The notes under the pieces are model-generated. The model saw only the letters and a list, made by a program, of their open reading frames with translations. It ran no database searches and was not told where the DNA came from. A DNA stretch of 64,000 bases from a virus, in IMG/VR virus record IMGVR_UViG_3300009506_000016, positions 13,566 to 77,565 of that record. One strand, written 5' to 3'. Positions 49,058 through 58,254 of the stretch are shown here, one piece after another. A program made the position numbers and the translations under genes. Within the stretch, counting starts at the first letter, position 1; each line of letters opens with the position of its first letter.

Positions 49058-49162
49058 TTAGTGTTTCAGCCGTTTATTCTTACGGCGCTCGAAGAAGAAC
49101 CCGAACGTTCCAGCGCCTCCACCGAGTATGATGATCGCAAGGCAGAGACAGCACTCAATCAT
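49058..49162 (-). CDS. Small TM peptide, 34 aa
   Basis: MIECCLCLAIIILGGG...RRKNKRLKH; overlaps upstream stop. Confidence 0.45.
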   Translation of the reverse strand: MIECCLCLAIIILGGGAGTFGFFFERRKNKRLKH

Positions 49163-49934
49163 TAGCTTCTTCCTGTTGTTCTAGCTCTGCGAGTACTTCC
49201 TTTTCAGCCTTTTCTTTCTCGGCCTTCTCGATCTTTTCGTTCTCGCGCTCAACTGCCTGGGCCATGAAGTAGAATGGCAATCCATCGCTCTCATCAGGTT
49301 CTCGGTAGTTGTTGAGTTCTATTTCCATACCGCCATATACCCAATCAGCGATGCTCTTTGACCACTTCTCGGAGTTCCACGTTCCCTTCTGGATAATCTC
49401 GCCATACTTCTTCATGATTTCCATCTTTGCGGTTGGTTCGGATACAGCAAGTGCATGAACAACCTGGAAATCCGAGTAACCGCATACGCTCGACCACCGG
49501 TTGCATGATGAGTCCGGGTAATCATCTCTGGCAACGAAAGTGTCTGATCTTGGATCATAAATCACTTCAATCACGCTGTTTTTCCGATTCAGAAGATTGA
49601 TGACAGAGTTTGGATCATCTTTTGTGGTATAGCTGGACTCGTCATACAGGCCCTTGGAGAGCATCCGGTACATATTGAATAGCAGGTCGATGTCATCGTT
49701 GTCAACTTGTAGATTGCGTGTTGAAAATTCGATGGTATCCAAGTACCAGACTTGCCACCTTTTTCTCTCGCTGGACAGCCATGTGTTCCACTGTATCTTG
49801 AGCGGCCAATTTGGAACGTATGAGCTATTGAGTGTGTTGTAGTATGACGTGAACAAGAGTTCGAGCGTCATATAATCCTGGTTGCGCGACTTATACAGTC
49901 CACCGCGCATGTAAATATTCTTTTGTTTCGGCAT
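49155..49934 (-). CDS. Hypothetical protein
   Basis: AAGGAG RBS. Confidence 0.7.
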   Translation of the reverse strand: MPKQKNIYMRGGLYKSRNQDYMTLELLFTSYYNTLNSSYVPNWPLKIQWNTWLSSERKRWQVWYLDTIEFSTRNLQVDNDDIDLLFNMYRMLSKGLYDESSYTTKDDPNSVINLLNRKNSVIEVIYDPRSDTFVARDDYPDSSCNRWSSVCGYSDFQVVHALAVSEPTAKMEIMKKYGEIIQKGTWNSEKWSKSIADWVYGGMEIELNNYREPDESDGLPFYFMAQAVERENEKIEKAEKEKAEKEVLAELEQQEEAND

Positions 49935-49945
49935 GATCTTTCTCC

Positions 49946-50269
49946 TTATTCCTGGTCAAAAAGCAAGAATACGAACGTATCGTTGAAAGCTAGAGTTTTA
50001 CATACTCCCCATGCCTCAACAATATCGCCATCTTCTTCACGGATGAAGAATGAGCGAAACTCATACGGTAATCCCATGTCTGTGAACATGGGCGAGAGCC
50101 GGTCCTGTAGCGCCTCAACCTCTCTGGTGGTGTTGACGTGTACCAGAGTATTGAGATGGACGCTCTTGACTGCCCCGAGCCGTTTGAACTCGATGATCTC
50201 GCTACCTTCGCGCCTGGATTCTTTGATCATCGCTTCTTCGTTTTCATCTGGCGGGAAGTAGTAGCTCAT
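49946..50269 (-). CDS. Hypothetical protein
   Basis: ORF in tandem array. Confidence 0.6.
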   Translation of the reverse strand: MSYYFPPDENEEAMIKESRREGSEIIEFKRLGAVKSVHLNTLVHVNTTREVEALQDRLSPMFTDMGLPYEFRSFFIREEDGDIVEAWGVCKTLAFNDTFVFLLFDQE

Positions 50270-50271
50270 GT

Positions 50272-50544
50272 TTACGATCTTTCTGATAAGTAATCACAAA
50301 GATGTTTTGTGCCACGCAGAGCGCGATCATGGGCCTCTTCGTAGTCTTTGACAACAAGACCCCATTCAAGGCTACTGATGATCCAGAAAAATGCTTGCTG
50401 TACATTGCCCGGATTGAGATTGCGCACAACATTGCGCACAGTATCGATTGCGAGCTTGAGTTCATCTTTGCTTGGCGCGGTTGGACTCTGTGTAGCAAGT
50501 CCATTTTCAACCACAACCCTTACGACCACTTCTTGCTTACCCAT
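50272..50544 (-). CDS. Hypothetical protein
   Basis: AAGGAG RBS. Confidence 0.65.
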   Translation of the reverse strand: MGKQEVVVRVVVENGLATQSPTAPSKDELKLAIDTVRNVVRNLNPGNVQQAFFWIISSLEWGLVVKDYEEAHDRALRGTKHLCDYLSERS

Positions 50545-50639
50545 CTTTTATGCTCCTTTCGTATATGAGTACCGGATTGTACCCACATGAGAGCGCACCG
50601 AACTTTTGCTCAATGCGCTCCTGCATAGGTCAATCTTGT

Positions 50640-51143
50640 TTATACCCACCCCAAGTCAATACTGCCACCGTCTTGATCTTGCTTCCAGCGATGGGCCAGT
50701 CCAGTACTTCCATGAGCTTCAATATCCCAATTGGCAAGCAGGGATTTTGTACTCCCGTAGTTGACTGCCGTATCATCAACCGTAAGATGGAAGAAGTCTC
50801 TCTTATGCCATATAGTGATCATAGTGCCTTTGCAAAGGCTTGACCGGTTAGCGATATCGTAGTAGTAAACCTCTCCCTTTCTCCATGCCGCCACCTCTTT
50901 GAATTCTTGTCCTGACCATGTGAGCGCAAATACGTGGGTGTACTTGCTGGCCGCGTACTTGAGTGTGTCCTCAATCCACTCCCTGTTTATGGAGTCGAGA
51001 TAGAACAAGGCCGAATAAGTATTCCAGCCAAAGATGTGAAACGGCGATGACTTATCGGCGTCATCATCCATCACGAAAGCGCCGAATTCAGTATAGTTAT
51101 CTCTTACCCATTCGGCAATATCCTTTATAGCTTGTTCTGACAT
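50640..51143 (-). CDS. Hypothetical protein
   Basis: AAGGAG RBS. Confidence 0.65.
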   Translation of the reverse strand: MSEQAIKDIAEWVRDNYTEFGAFVMDDDADKSSPFHIFGWNTYSALFYLDSINREWIEDTLKYAASKYTHVFALTWSGQEFKEVAAWRKGEVYYYDIANRSSLCKGTMITIWHKRDFFHLTVDDTAVNYGSTKSLLANWDIEAHGSTGLAHRWKQDQDGGSIDLGWV

Positions 51144-51213
51144 TGTAATCTCCTTTTGTCAAATGAATTTAACCCAAAAAAGGGCGAGATCCGTAGACCC
51201 CGCCCAATCTTGG

Positions 51214-51549
51214 TTAAGATGTTACTTTTTCAATGAGCCAATCTTGGAAATCCTTTGGCCTGAAAACTTTGTCAATGGCTTTATGCTCATCGAGAAAGTA
51301 AAGGAATGGTATCTCAGGAAGTCCGTATCCCGTATACAGGAACTTGAGCGAGAACCTATCTTCCATGTTCAACGAGATCGAAAGCGTGAGTCTCAGTCCA
51401 AGGCTGGCGGCCACGTCTTTGAAGTTGTTGTTGATGTTTACCCTATCTTGGTTAGCCGCATTTCGAGCTTCTACGAACCCCGAGAATTCTTTACATTCTC
51501 CATAATCATACGAGCGAATGATGTACTCTTTTACTGTTCTATTATTCAT
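51214..51549 (-). CDS. Hypothetical protein
   Basis: AAGGTGA RBS. Confidence 0.6.
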   Translation of the reverse strand: MNNRTVKEYIIRSYDYGECKEFSGFVEARNAANQDRVNINNNFKDVAASLGLRLTLSISLNMEDRFSLKFLYTGYGLPEIPFLYFLDEHKAIDKVFRPKDFQDWLIEKVTS

Positions 51550-52024
51550 CTTTCACCTTCTTGTTGAACGGTTTGAGTGCTCGTTCAATCCAGATCAAGA
51601 TCATAGCCTCTGGCTTGTCATCGAGCGCGAACCAAGCCGCCTTGATAAGACAGAATGCGATATGAAACATAGTCGGCCAAGCCATAGCCAGCTTGTTTGG
51701 CAGGATGCGGCGGCACAAGTTAGATACATCGCGGTAATTCTCGCCGCTGTTCTCGATCCGCCCATCGAATTCTTCTGGAATCGAGTGCTGTGCCACCCAT
51801 TTTCTGCTTTCTAATGCGGCATTGAGTTCATCAGCGCCGAGTTCCCACAGCATCTTAGCGGCCTCTGGATGCTTGTAAGTGAAAGCCTCTGCAAGATAAT
51901 CGTAGAAGTACTGATTATCGCACATGACCTCAAGCACCAGCTTGACCTTTTCCTCATCGAGCGAGAGTATAGCATCAATCGCCTGTTGCTCAATGGTCTG
52001 GTATGATACAAATTTATCAGACAT
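51542..52024 (-). CDS. Hypothetical protein
   Basis: AAGGAGG RBS before MSDKF. Confidence 0.65.
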   Translation of the reverse strand: MSDKFVSYQTIEQQAIDAILSLDEEKVKLVLEVMCDNQYFYDYLAEAFTYKHPEAAKMLWELGADELNAALESRKWVAQHSIPEEFDGRIENSGENYRDVSNLCRRILPNKLAMAWPTMFHIAFCLIKAAWFALDDKPEAMILIWIERALKPFNKKVKDE

Positions 52025-52127
52025 TTCTTGCCTCCTTCTTGTGGTTGAATAGAATAGGTACACCAGTGAGATCAACCGAACTCCCACTGATATACGGGGG
52101 AGCGCCCTCAAACGCTCCCCCATTGTC

Positions 52128-52358
52128 TTAGAACGTGTGGCGATAAGCCACCATTCCATCTCTCCAAGTACCGGCGTTGGCATATTCAAGAAATCCTTCA
52201 CGCTGTAACCGGTCAAGCATGTTAGAGAACTCGTGCCAGTCGATACCCTTGCCATAGGTATGATAGTAAGCCTGGGCTGCTTTCATTCCATCAAGATGCT
52301 GTCCCTTTTTTGCAAGGTCCAGCACGATTACAATCATCCTCACGGTTTGCTCGTCCAT
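52128..52358 (-). CDS. Small winged-helix-like protein
   Basis: F..MLDRLQREGFLE...G.....Y. Confidence 0.5.
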   Translation of the reverse strand: MDEQTVRMIVIVLDLAKKGQHLDGMKAAQAYYHTYGKGIDWHEFSNMLDRLQREGFLEYANAGTWRDGMVAYRHTF

Positions 52359-52359
52359 C

Positions 52360-52572
52360 TTATCCTTTCGCAAGTGCTACAATGCAGAGTATGATGACGA
52401 TTACACACAAGACGATACCGAACGTTGCGGCGAGTATCGCGTATTGGCACGCACTCGCCATACACGCATCAGTACCGCCAGCGGCCATGATTGCCGAGTT
52501 GATCACGTTCGAGAACACCACACAGAAGATCATGCAGATTGCGGCGAGTAAAACTACCATAAACTTAGGCAT
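52360..52572 (-). CDS. Small two-TM protein
   Basis: Hydrophobic, AGGTGA RBS. Confidence 0.6.
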   Translation of the reverse strand: MPKFMVVLLAAICMIFCVVFSNVINSAIMAAGGTDACMASACQYAILAATFGIVLCVIVIILCIVALAKG

Positions 52573-52575
52573 GGC

Positions 52576-52797
52576 TCACCTGTCCGTGTAGCATGGCGCA
52601 CCGATCTCGCAACCGGTTACAAACCAGTTTCCATCCTCAAAGGTCTGGATAGAGCGATGGTCTGACTTGCGCATCAACTCGACTACCGCTTGTTCCTGTT
52701 TGGTCAGGCGGTACATATCTTGCCGCGTAAGGCTAAACGCGAGCATAGCCGCGATGACTATGCACAGCAAGATAAAAAGAAAGAAATTGTTCTTCAT
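52576..52797 (-). CDS. Small membrane-anchored protein
   Basis: AAGGAG RBS, N-terminal TM. Confidence 0.6.
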   Translation of the reverse strand: MKNNFFLFILLCIVIAAMLAFSLTRQDMYRLTKQEQAVVELMRKSDHRSIQTFEDGNWFVTGCEIGAPCYTDR

Positions 52798-52891
52798 GTT
52801 ATCTCCTTTTTTGGATGCGAATATAGGATACGATAGAGCGAGTCATCCATGCCTCGCTCTAGCATATGGGGGAACGAGTCCCCCAAAGTTT

Positions 52892-53734
52892 TTATGACTT
52901 ATCGATTGGCTTCCATAGTCCGTCAAAGATGACAGACTTTCGTTCATCATCGGTGAGCAGGTAGTTTAGAAGTGCCATGATGTGCTTGTATCGTGCTGAT
53001 CCAAGTGGAATAATCTCGCCACGCGTAGCGATAAGTTCCTGATTTTGGTCATATATGTCTCGTCCGATGCGTATCGTATCTACGAATCCCCATGCCGGGA
53101 ACTCGGTAGTGTAGCACAAGTCCGCTGATCTCATCGAGATCATAGCTCCATTATCTGACCCAAGAATTTCATCGCGGTACTCAACGATATTCTTGAACAC
53201 GTTTCTCATTTCCATGATCTCGTCATCGCTTGCACTATTGCTGACAAAGAAGTGATAGGCAATCGCTTGGTCTGTCACGCCAGCACAAAACCACTTGGTA
53301 TCAATCCCGGTATCGATATAAACCATGCGTGCAAGCTCAGTACCGCTGATCTCCCAAGCGCCACGGCGGACTACAACCAAGCACACGTACTTGTGTTTGG
53401 CAAAGATCATGCCGTTTATGGTGGGGGATGGGACTGGAAAGCGAGATGGCAAGCAGAACTCGTGGTGATTGATCCACATATCCTCAAGATAATGACGATA
53501 CCGATCCGGCACTCTCGAAGCGAACTTTTCGGAATCGATCTTGAGATTAATACCGCTCTCCGGATCAAATCTTTCGTCAACAACTACCATATTCTCGCCG
53601 CGATTGACGACAACAAGATTGAGAAGAACGATCTCGAACTCAGTACCACGTGATTGAATGGGGATACCGAACAAGTGTGAAAAGACGAGATCTTTTGTTG
53701 CTTGTACGGCATATCCTACATACTGCTCAGACAT
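52892..53734 (-). CDS. Hypothetical protein
   Basis: AAGGAG RBS before MSEQY. Confidence 0.65.
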   Translation of the reverse strand: MSEQYVGYAVQATKDLVFSHLFGIPIQSRGTEFEIVLLNLVVVNRGENMVVVDERFDPESGINLKIDSEKFASRVPDRYRHYLEDMWINHHEFCLPSRFPVPSPTINGMIFAKHKYVCLVVVRRGAWEISGTELARMVYIDTGIDTKWFCAGVTDQAIAYHFFVSNSASDDEIMEMRNVFKNIVEYRDEILGSDNGAMISMRSADLCYTTEFPAWGFVDTIRIGRDIYDQNQELIATRGEIIPLGSARYKHIMALLNYLLTDDERKSVIFDGLWKPIDKS

Positions 53735-53878
53735 TTGAATCTCCTTATAAGTTGATTGTGAGAGAATTCTCACGCGCTTGCGCACAATCGAAACGCAAGC
53801 GCGTGAGGGGGATGGATCAAGTATCGATCCATCCCCATTCGCTTACTTACCTATTCTTCCACACTTGCTCGGATCAGC

Positions 53879-54787
53879 CTAGCTTACGCTGGCGGACCGG
53901 CGCTTGGTGGGTGCTGGCGTTGACTCGGGCGCGGCCTCGACCTCAACAGGTTCTTCGGTAGGTTCTTCGGCAGGTTCTTCAGCAGGTTCTGTCTGAGTTT
54001 CAGCGGCCTGTTCGGGCTCGGTTTCAGCCTTGGGCGCTGGCACTTCTTCCGGGTAATACGCCGCCAGGAACTCAAGTTTCTTGCCCTCGGTCTTAGCCAC
54101 CATCGCGGCCTGGACCTCATCAGGGTTCAACATGAGCTTGACTGCCCACTTGCTGATGAACTCAACATCGTTCTGGCTGATGGCTTGGCTCTGGATATCG
54201 AGCATGGCCTGTATCTTGTCAGCCTTCTCGCTCGAATAGTTTTCCAGGTTCCAGCCCGCGCCGTAAGGGTTGCCTTCCGGGTCAAGCTCAACAGCATCCA
54301 GAACGTACTTGCGCGAACCGCGCATGAACTGGTACAGAGTATTGCTCTGGTAGAGCATGGCCTCTTTGTTGCTCACGAACTCGTTGTCCTTGACGCTGAA
54401 CCGCGCCTCAGATCCCAACTCGTCTCCGAAGTGGAAGATGATCAGGCCGGACTCGACATCGAGTTGCAGGGATGCGGTCTTTTTCTTACCGCGTTTTCCA
54501 CCGCTCGATCCAGTGGACCGAGTGCGCTCAACCTTGGGCTTACCCTGGTTGATGGCCGCACTCAGACGAGTGCGGAGTGTGCCATTCCACTGCTTGCGCT
54601 GTTCGTTGAACACCATGCTATTGACGGCGTTCCACAAGCCGGAATCCCAGTACTCAACGCGGTCTTCGCCGCTCAGTCCCTGAGATTCAGCCCATTCTTT
54701 CACGAATGCGCACGCCTCTGACCCGATCTTGCCACCCAGGTCTTCCTTGCTTAACACTACGGTTTTGACACTACTTTCTTGAGACAT
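53879..54787 (-). CDS. Hypothetical protein, paralog of 58365-59330
   Basis: Shared VEY, WNGTLR, ESG, GW.L.NY.SEK, EFI.K motifs; acidic Pro-rich tail. Confidence 0.75.
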   Translation of the reverse strand: MSQESSVKTVVLSKEDLGGKIGSEACAFVKEWAESQGLSGEDRVEYWDSGLWNAVNSMVFNEQRKQWNGTLRTRLSAAINQGKPKVERTRSTGSSGGKRGKKKTASLQLDVESGLIIFHFGDELGSEARFSVKDNEFVSNKEAMLYQSNTLYQFMRGSRKYVLDAVELDPEGNPYGAGWNLENYSSEKADKIQAMLDIQSQAISQNDVEFISKWAVKLMLNPDEVQAAMVAKTEGKKLEFLAAYYPEEVPAPKAETEPEQAAETQTEPAEEPAEEPTEEPVEVEAAPESTPAPTKRRSASVS

Positions 54788-54907
54788 TGAATTTCTCCTT
54801 GGCTATTGGTTGCCACCCTCTAAGTTGTATAGATGGTACAGGATTGTACTCATCTGAGGGTGGGCGAATAAACTTGCTAAAATTCGCCCACCCCCGCATA
54901 AGTCAAT

Positions 54908-55444
54908 CTACTTGACCTCATCGCCTTGCGGGTCGATGTATACCTCATCGGTTGAGATCACAAAAATATCGCCGAGTGTTTCGCGGGTGATCTTGATCCT
55001 GAGTGCGTCATCATTTGACAGTGGCATTTTGAAGTCTTTATAAGATCCACCATCACCCACACACAGCCTGGTATGAGGATAGCCCGTTCTCGTTTTGTAG
55101 CTCATGGTGAATCCGCACACCGGACACTCATGACTTTCTGAGCGCGTGCGCCACTTTCCTGAGTCCCCGAAGAAGGTTTGACTCCGCACGGTCTTTAGGA
55201 TACCGACCTTGGAACCGCACTCTTTGCATACAGAACCATGATAAGTTTCGGATGGTGTATACTTGATGATCTCGATTGAGATACACCGAGTCCCATCACC
55301 TGTAGAGCACGATGTGTTTTCATAGAGCAACGCATCGCAGTTCTCACAAGTGCGCACGATCTTGGACACACGCGTACCGCACTCAATCGAGTTGATGGTA
55401 TGAGCATACGCATCCACATCTTTCATACAGTTATAGCAGAACAT
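54908..55444 (-). CDS. Multi-CxxC zinc-finger protein
   Basis: CYNC, CENC, CKEC, CPVC; AAGGAGG RBS. Confidence 0.7.
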   Translation of the reverse strand: MFCYNCMKDVDAYAHTINSIECGTRVSKIVRTCENCDALLYENTSCSTGDGTRCISIEIIKYTPSETYHGSVCKECGSKVGILKTVRSQTFFGDSGKWRTRSESHECPVCGFTMSYKTRTGYPHTRLCVGDGGSYKDFKMPLSNDDALRIKITRETLGDIFVISTDEVYIDPQGDEVK

Positions 55445-55535
55445 GAGATCCTCCTTAAGATTTATAGATATAGTGCCAGATTGCACTTATCTGAGTATGC
55501 CCGGAACAAACAAGCTCCGGGCAAGCCCACGTAAG

Positions 55536-56084
55536 TCAATCGAATGGGAACAATGGGACGGCCACAATCTTGCCGTTCCAGGTATCGACCCATGTTTCAA
55601 GGTGTACATCAAACCGTACATACTCGTTTGATGTCTGTTTCGAGAACTCATCCAGGAATTTCTTATCATCTTCCGACAGCGGGTACATGAGTTCAACCGT
55701 AGCCTTGTAGTCCCGGTTATCGATGTACTCAAGCAGTACGCACTTGCTGTAGGTATGGGAACTTGACTCGCGGATAGATCCGCACACGCATTCGCATGAC
55801 TTAGTGATCGTGAGCTTATTGCCATTGAAGTCATGAGATTCGCTGTAGATGTGAGTGGTGATGGTATCGCACTTGCCACAGTGAACAAAACGCGGTGAGA
55901 CAAAATGAGATTCCTTGTAGTCCCGGCTGGCGAACGTATAAGTCGCCAGAGCCTCACCGCACTCATCACAGTGGATGGCCCGGTACTTGGTTATATGGTT
56001 TTCGCAAGTAATCTGAAACTGTGTTGAGCTTGTTTTCACCGGGCGCAAGCACTTAATACACGTCATCTTATTTTTCTTAGCCAT
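55536..56084 (-). CDS. Multi-CxxC zinc-finger protein (probable paralog of 54908-55444)
   Basis: CIKC, CDEC, CGKC, CVC; shared PLS.DD. Confidence 0.7.
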   Translation of the reverse strand: MAKKNKMTCIKCLRPVKTSSTQFQITCENHITKYRAIHCDECGEALATYTFASRDYKESHFVSPRFVHCGKCDTITTHIYSESHDFNGNKLTITKSCECVCGSIRESSSHTYSKCVLLEYIDNRDYKATVELMYPLSEDDKKFLDEFSKQTSNEYVRFDVHLETWVDTWNGKIVAVPLFPFD

Positions 56085-56184
56085 TGTTTTCTCCTTAAGA
56101 TTGGTTGAATTGAATAAGACACAAATGAGTGCAACCACTGACACTCATTTGTGAATGGGGGAACTTGCGCTCCCCCCTATTGTG

Positions 56185-56607
56185 TTACTCGTCCTGGCAG
56201 TTACCGTTGCCTTTCTTGGTCAGGTCACAGTAACCTTCCGAGTAATTCCCACCACCGTTGTTCTTATAGTTTCCAAGATGAACACGGTTATGATGCCGGT
56301 TCTTGGGCTGATCCTCACCGTGATTGCCGGTATCCGAGTTATCATCATCGCTCGTATCATCCGTGATCACCGGATCTTGCTGAGTTGGATCTGCCGGGCT
56401 GATGACTACCACTGGATCTTGTTTGTCCTCATCGCGGTCACCACCACCGAGATTAGTCTGCTGGCTTGGTGGGCATGGCTCGAACGCGCTCAAAGGCAAT
56501 CCGCCACCCTCATCGATATCGATCATCTGAGCAGACACCGAGCGAATACCCGCGCCCAATCCGAGCGCCACTACAACAACGATTACGCTTGCTACAATAT
56601 GTTTCAC
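56185..56607 (-). CDS. Secreted low-complexity protein
   Basis: Signal peptide, Asp-rich, NNGGGN motif. Confidence 0.65.
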   Translation of the reverse strand: MKHIVASVIVVVVALGLGAGIRSVSAQMIDIDEGGGLPLSAFEPCPPSQQTNLGGGDRDEDKQDPVVVISPADPTQQDPVITDDTSDDDNSDTGNHGEDQPKNRHHNRVHLGNYKNNGGGNYSEGYCDLTKKGNGNCQDE

Positions 56608-56703
56608 CTTACACTCCTTAAGTTTGTAGATCGATGCAAGATTACATCCATCTGAATATGCCCGGACTCGTGCTATTGTCCGGGCAAGTCCACAGGGATC
56701 AAT

Positions 56704-56916
56704 CTAAATCTTATCGATTTCCTCAACCGCGCTGTTGATTAGGAACTTGACATACTCGGGATCTGACTCGTAGATCAAGTTCTGGATAGCAACCGCGAGT
56801 TTATATGCGGCTTGCAGGTTATGGTTGCCAATTGCGTGTTGAGCAACCGAGTTATTCACTAGCGCTTGCTGAATTTCTTCAGCCGTCTTATACAATGGGA
56901 AAAACTCACCGGCCAT
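56704..56916 (-). CDS. Hypothetical protein
   Basis: AAGGGAG RBS. Confidence 0.6.
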   Translation of the reverse strand: MAGEFFPLYKTAEEIQQALVNNSVAQHAIGNHNLQAAYKLAVAIQNLIYESDPEYVKFLINSAVEEIDKI

Positions 56917-56917
56917 G

Positions 56918-57151
56918 TTATGACTCCCTTATGAGTTCAACGACATCATCAATCGAGTCAAACTGTTCGCTCAGATCATTCTCGTACCGGTCCAGACCGA
57001 GTTCTTCCAGCAAGCGAACAGCGTTCGATGCTCGGTTCTCGGAATACACTACCGCGCAAGCCTTAACCATGACCAGAAAATTGCTCGCCGGTCCTGATTG
57101 CGGATCTTGACTGCTCTTAATACTTGAATGGTTATCGCCAACGAGTATCAT
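56918..57151 (-). CDS. Hypothetical protein
   Basis: AAGGAGG RBS. Confidence 0.6.
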   Translation of the reverse strand: MILVGDNHSSIKSSQDPQSGPASNFLVMVKACAVVYSENRASNAVRLLEELGLDRYENDLSEQFDSIDDVVELIRES

Positions 57152-57180
57152 CTTATCATCCTCCTTAACTATTGGTTCTT

Positions 57181-57787
57181 ATATCGGACTCACACCGACA
57201 CCATCCGGGGGAAGATCCCCCGGCATTGACGAGTTATACTGCTCGTTACAGTTTAATCAGGATAGAGCATGATCCAGCACATGCCATCTTGATAGCACTC
57301 GTAGAACACGAGTCCGCTGTTGATTGAGTGAATAGTATTATACATACCCCAAAAGTCATCTTGGTACACCCATGTCCAGGTTCCTATTCGCTCGTACAGG
57401 TATGTTTCGCCAGTCCATCTATTGCACTCGTAGAGTATCGTGTCTCCGTTGAGCATCATATCAACGCCCATATACGGATCAACCCTGCTGATGATAAGAT
57501 CATCATCAAGTTCTGGATCATAGTCCACGAACTCGGTATACCGATTGTCGCCGACTATTATGACATTTGACTCGTTCGAGTTGCGCATGACAGCGGGCAT
57601 ATACACTGTATACTCGGGTGAAGCCGCCCAAGCGTCAATGATTCCCCAAATGCACAGCGCACCAAGCGCGATACATACTGCAATGATCAAGTTTTTCACA
57701 ATGACCTCCTAAGTCTGGTTGGTTTGTATGCCGGACTCACACCGGCTCCGCCAAGAATGGCATAGACGAGTTATACCGCTCGTTACG
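57181..57787 (-). repeat. Dispersed leader motif family B (57181-57251, 57727-57787)
   Basis: GUAACGAGC(A/G)GUAUAACUCGUC...CGG-UGUGAGU-CCG, each upstream of an RBS. Confidence 0.75.
57253..57699 (-). CDS. Secreted protein with VYMPAVMR motif
   Basis: AGGAGG RBS plus GTG; signal peptide. Confidence 0.7.
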   Translation of the reverse strand: MKNLIIAVCIALGALCIWGIIDAWAASPEYTVYMPAVMRNSNESNVIIVGDNRYTEFVDYDPELDDDLIISRVDPYMGVDMMLNGDTILYECNRWTGETYLYERIGTWTWVYQDDFWGMYNTIHSINSGLVFYECYQDGMCWIMLYPD

Positions 57788-58191
57788 GTCATGCCTGGAT
57801 GATGACCCTACCGCCTACGAGATCCTATCCCACGCCCATGATCTCACCGCATATCACTATGGGGTGAGGATGAGCGCGTGCCAGCATCCCGAGTATCGGG
57901 TGATCTTAAGCGTCATTTCAGCGGTAGCAGACCGATTGATTTTTCGAGTTAGGGTTGTCTGGCCCTGCTCGTAACCTATACCACCGGCAGTCTCACTATA
58001 GACGCCTTACCAAGCATAGTGCCTATCGCCGCACTAAGCGCATGGGACTTCCCCATGATGACCGCATGACCGCACGCACTCGACCGCACGGAACGCCACC
58101 AGCGCTCACGTACACTTATACCGCGCATGGTGGCATACTATCGAGTTTGTGGGTATTTGTTAATGTACACTATATAAGAATTCCGCATTCT

Positions 58192-58249
58192 TATACAGTT
58201 TAGAACGTTCTAAACTCATACTGTATTTTAGAACGTTCTAAACTGTATA
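58192..58249. promoter_or_regulatory. Tandem palindromic operator-like sites TTTAGAACGTTCTAAA x2
   Basis: Copies at 58199 and 58227 nested in a larger inverted repeat. Confidence 0.6.
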
Positions 58250-58254
58250 TAATG

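Larger units (their letters stand above)
54830..56693 (-). repeat. Dispersed leader motif family A (54830-54893, 55465-55530, 56627-56693)
   Basis: GC hairpin plus UCAGAU-stem-AAUCYN loop-stem-AUCUA upstream of the RBS, with compensatory changes. Confidence 0.7.

Noticed and set aside
44171-54721. Longer antisense ORFs in the track (e.g. 44171-44689, 53252-53653, 54185-54721)
   Set aside because: They shadow well-supported opposite-strand genes and show no recognisable motifs.
57181-57787. Cobalamin riboswitch for motif B
   Set aside because: Only a T-loop-like CGGTG..AGTCCG matches; no GGGAA or GCCACTG/B12-box elements, and it is too short.
58197-58242. LexA (GAAC-N4-GTTC) SOS boxes
   Set aside because: Half-sites abut with zero spacer rather than four.
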